From Elusimicrobiota bacterium (GTDB lineage Bacteria; Elusimicrobiota; Endomicrobiia; CG1-02-37-114; JAHJSO01), in the NCBI GenBank assembly GCA_043826435.1, contig JBDRQF010000012.1, forward strand, positions 1 through 14,059: 14,059 bases of DNA, in the 5' to 3' direction. Of this stretch, positions 13,776-14,059 are shown in pieces. The translations under genes and the position numbers were made by a program. Below the pieces are notes generated by a model that saw only the letters and a list, made by a program, of their open reading frames with translations, was not told the origin of the DNA and did no database searches. Numbering within the stretch: the stretch's first letter is position 1; the number at the start of each line of letters is the position of its first letter.

Positions 13776-14059
13776 ATGAAAAGCGGAATAACGTTAAAAC
13801 CTGTGATTGTTTTGCTTGTTTCCATGGCATGCTTTATCTGCCTCCTGCCGGATAGCCGGGCGCAGGAAGAGCAGCCAAAGGATATATCCATATTGTTACT
13901 GGAACAGGAGAGGAAGTATGAAAAGGAACAGGCGGAGTACGTCCAGAAGAACATACTTGACAAGATTCTCGGTGAGGGCAAATCATCGGTGGTAGTGGAC
14001 GTTGAGTTTGAACTGCGCACCACGAAAACGCTCCAGCAGGCGAAGGAATCAAAGGCAGA
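13776..14059 (+). CDS. Signal-peptide protein with FliF C-terminal/SpoIIIAG-like ring-building motif; 3'-truncated and absent from the ORF track
   Basis: SD AGGAG at 13761-13765, ATG 13776, open to the window end: MKSGITLKPVIVLLVSMACFICLLPDSRA-QEEQPKDISILLLEQERKYEKEQAEYVQKNILDKILGEGKSSVVVDVEFELRTTKTLQQAKESKA. The CDS itself is well supported; the RBM assignment is by motif resemblance only. Confidence 0.8.
   Translation, partial: MKSGITLKPVIVLLVSMACFICLLPDSRAQEEQPKDISILLLEQERKYEKEQAEYVQKNILDKILGEGKSSVVVDVEFELRTTKTLQQAKESKA

Noticed and set aside
13818..13832. Lipobox (VSMAC) in the last ORF
   Set aside because: Poor match to [LVI][ASTVI][GAS]C, and hydrophobic residues continue after the Cys. 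SPase I cleavage at SRA/Q looks more plausible, though this is not certain.
12639..14052. Minus-strand ORFs (12639, 13084, 13431, 13748, 13834) and + ORF 13807..13995
   Set aside because: They overlap the better-supported barrel-TPR gene or the SD-led ORF starting at 13776.
1..14059. CRISPR arrays, tRNA/rRNA genes, transposases, DGR template/variable repeats
   Set aside because: By eye I found no regularly spaced DNA repeats, cloverleafs, transposase or RT motifs, or long near-identical DNA pairs. The repeats are diverged and visible mainly at protein level.

Overview
All credible genes lie on the + strand. (1) The 3' part of a giant gene (open from base 2, stop at 11647, >=3880 aa) encodes an apparent surface or secreted protein. 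It has 11 Ig/invasin-like D-x-[YF]-x-N repeats, 8 larger ~175-200 aa repeats, four copies of a ~75-95 aa inserted module, a DxDxDG Ca-binding cluster, two FN3-like domains and a C-terminal YPNP...WD...G.Y T9SS-CTD/FlgD-Ig-like sorting domain. (2) A ~400-bp AT-rich intergenic region holds a GTCATTGCGAG-type palindromic element, a perfect TTGACA-N17-TATAAT promoter, a c-di-GMP-I (GEMM) riboswitch and an intrinsic terminator with a plausible antiterminator. (3) A PorV/PorQ (FadL-like) beta-barrel gene fused to C-terminal TPRs follows. (4) A second, near-duplicate promoter precedes a 3'-truncated signal-peptide protein, absent from the ORF track, that resembles the FliF/SpoIIIAG ring-building motif. 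By inference, this may be a c-di-GMP-controlled, non-canonical T9SS-like export or display locus for a giant protein, possibly from a lineage such as Elusimicrobiota. Domain calls rest on motif recognition by eye; no searches were run.
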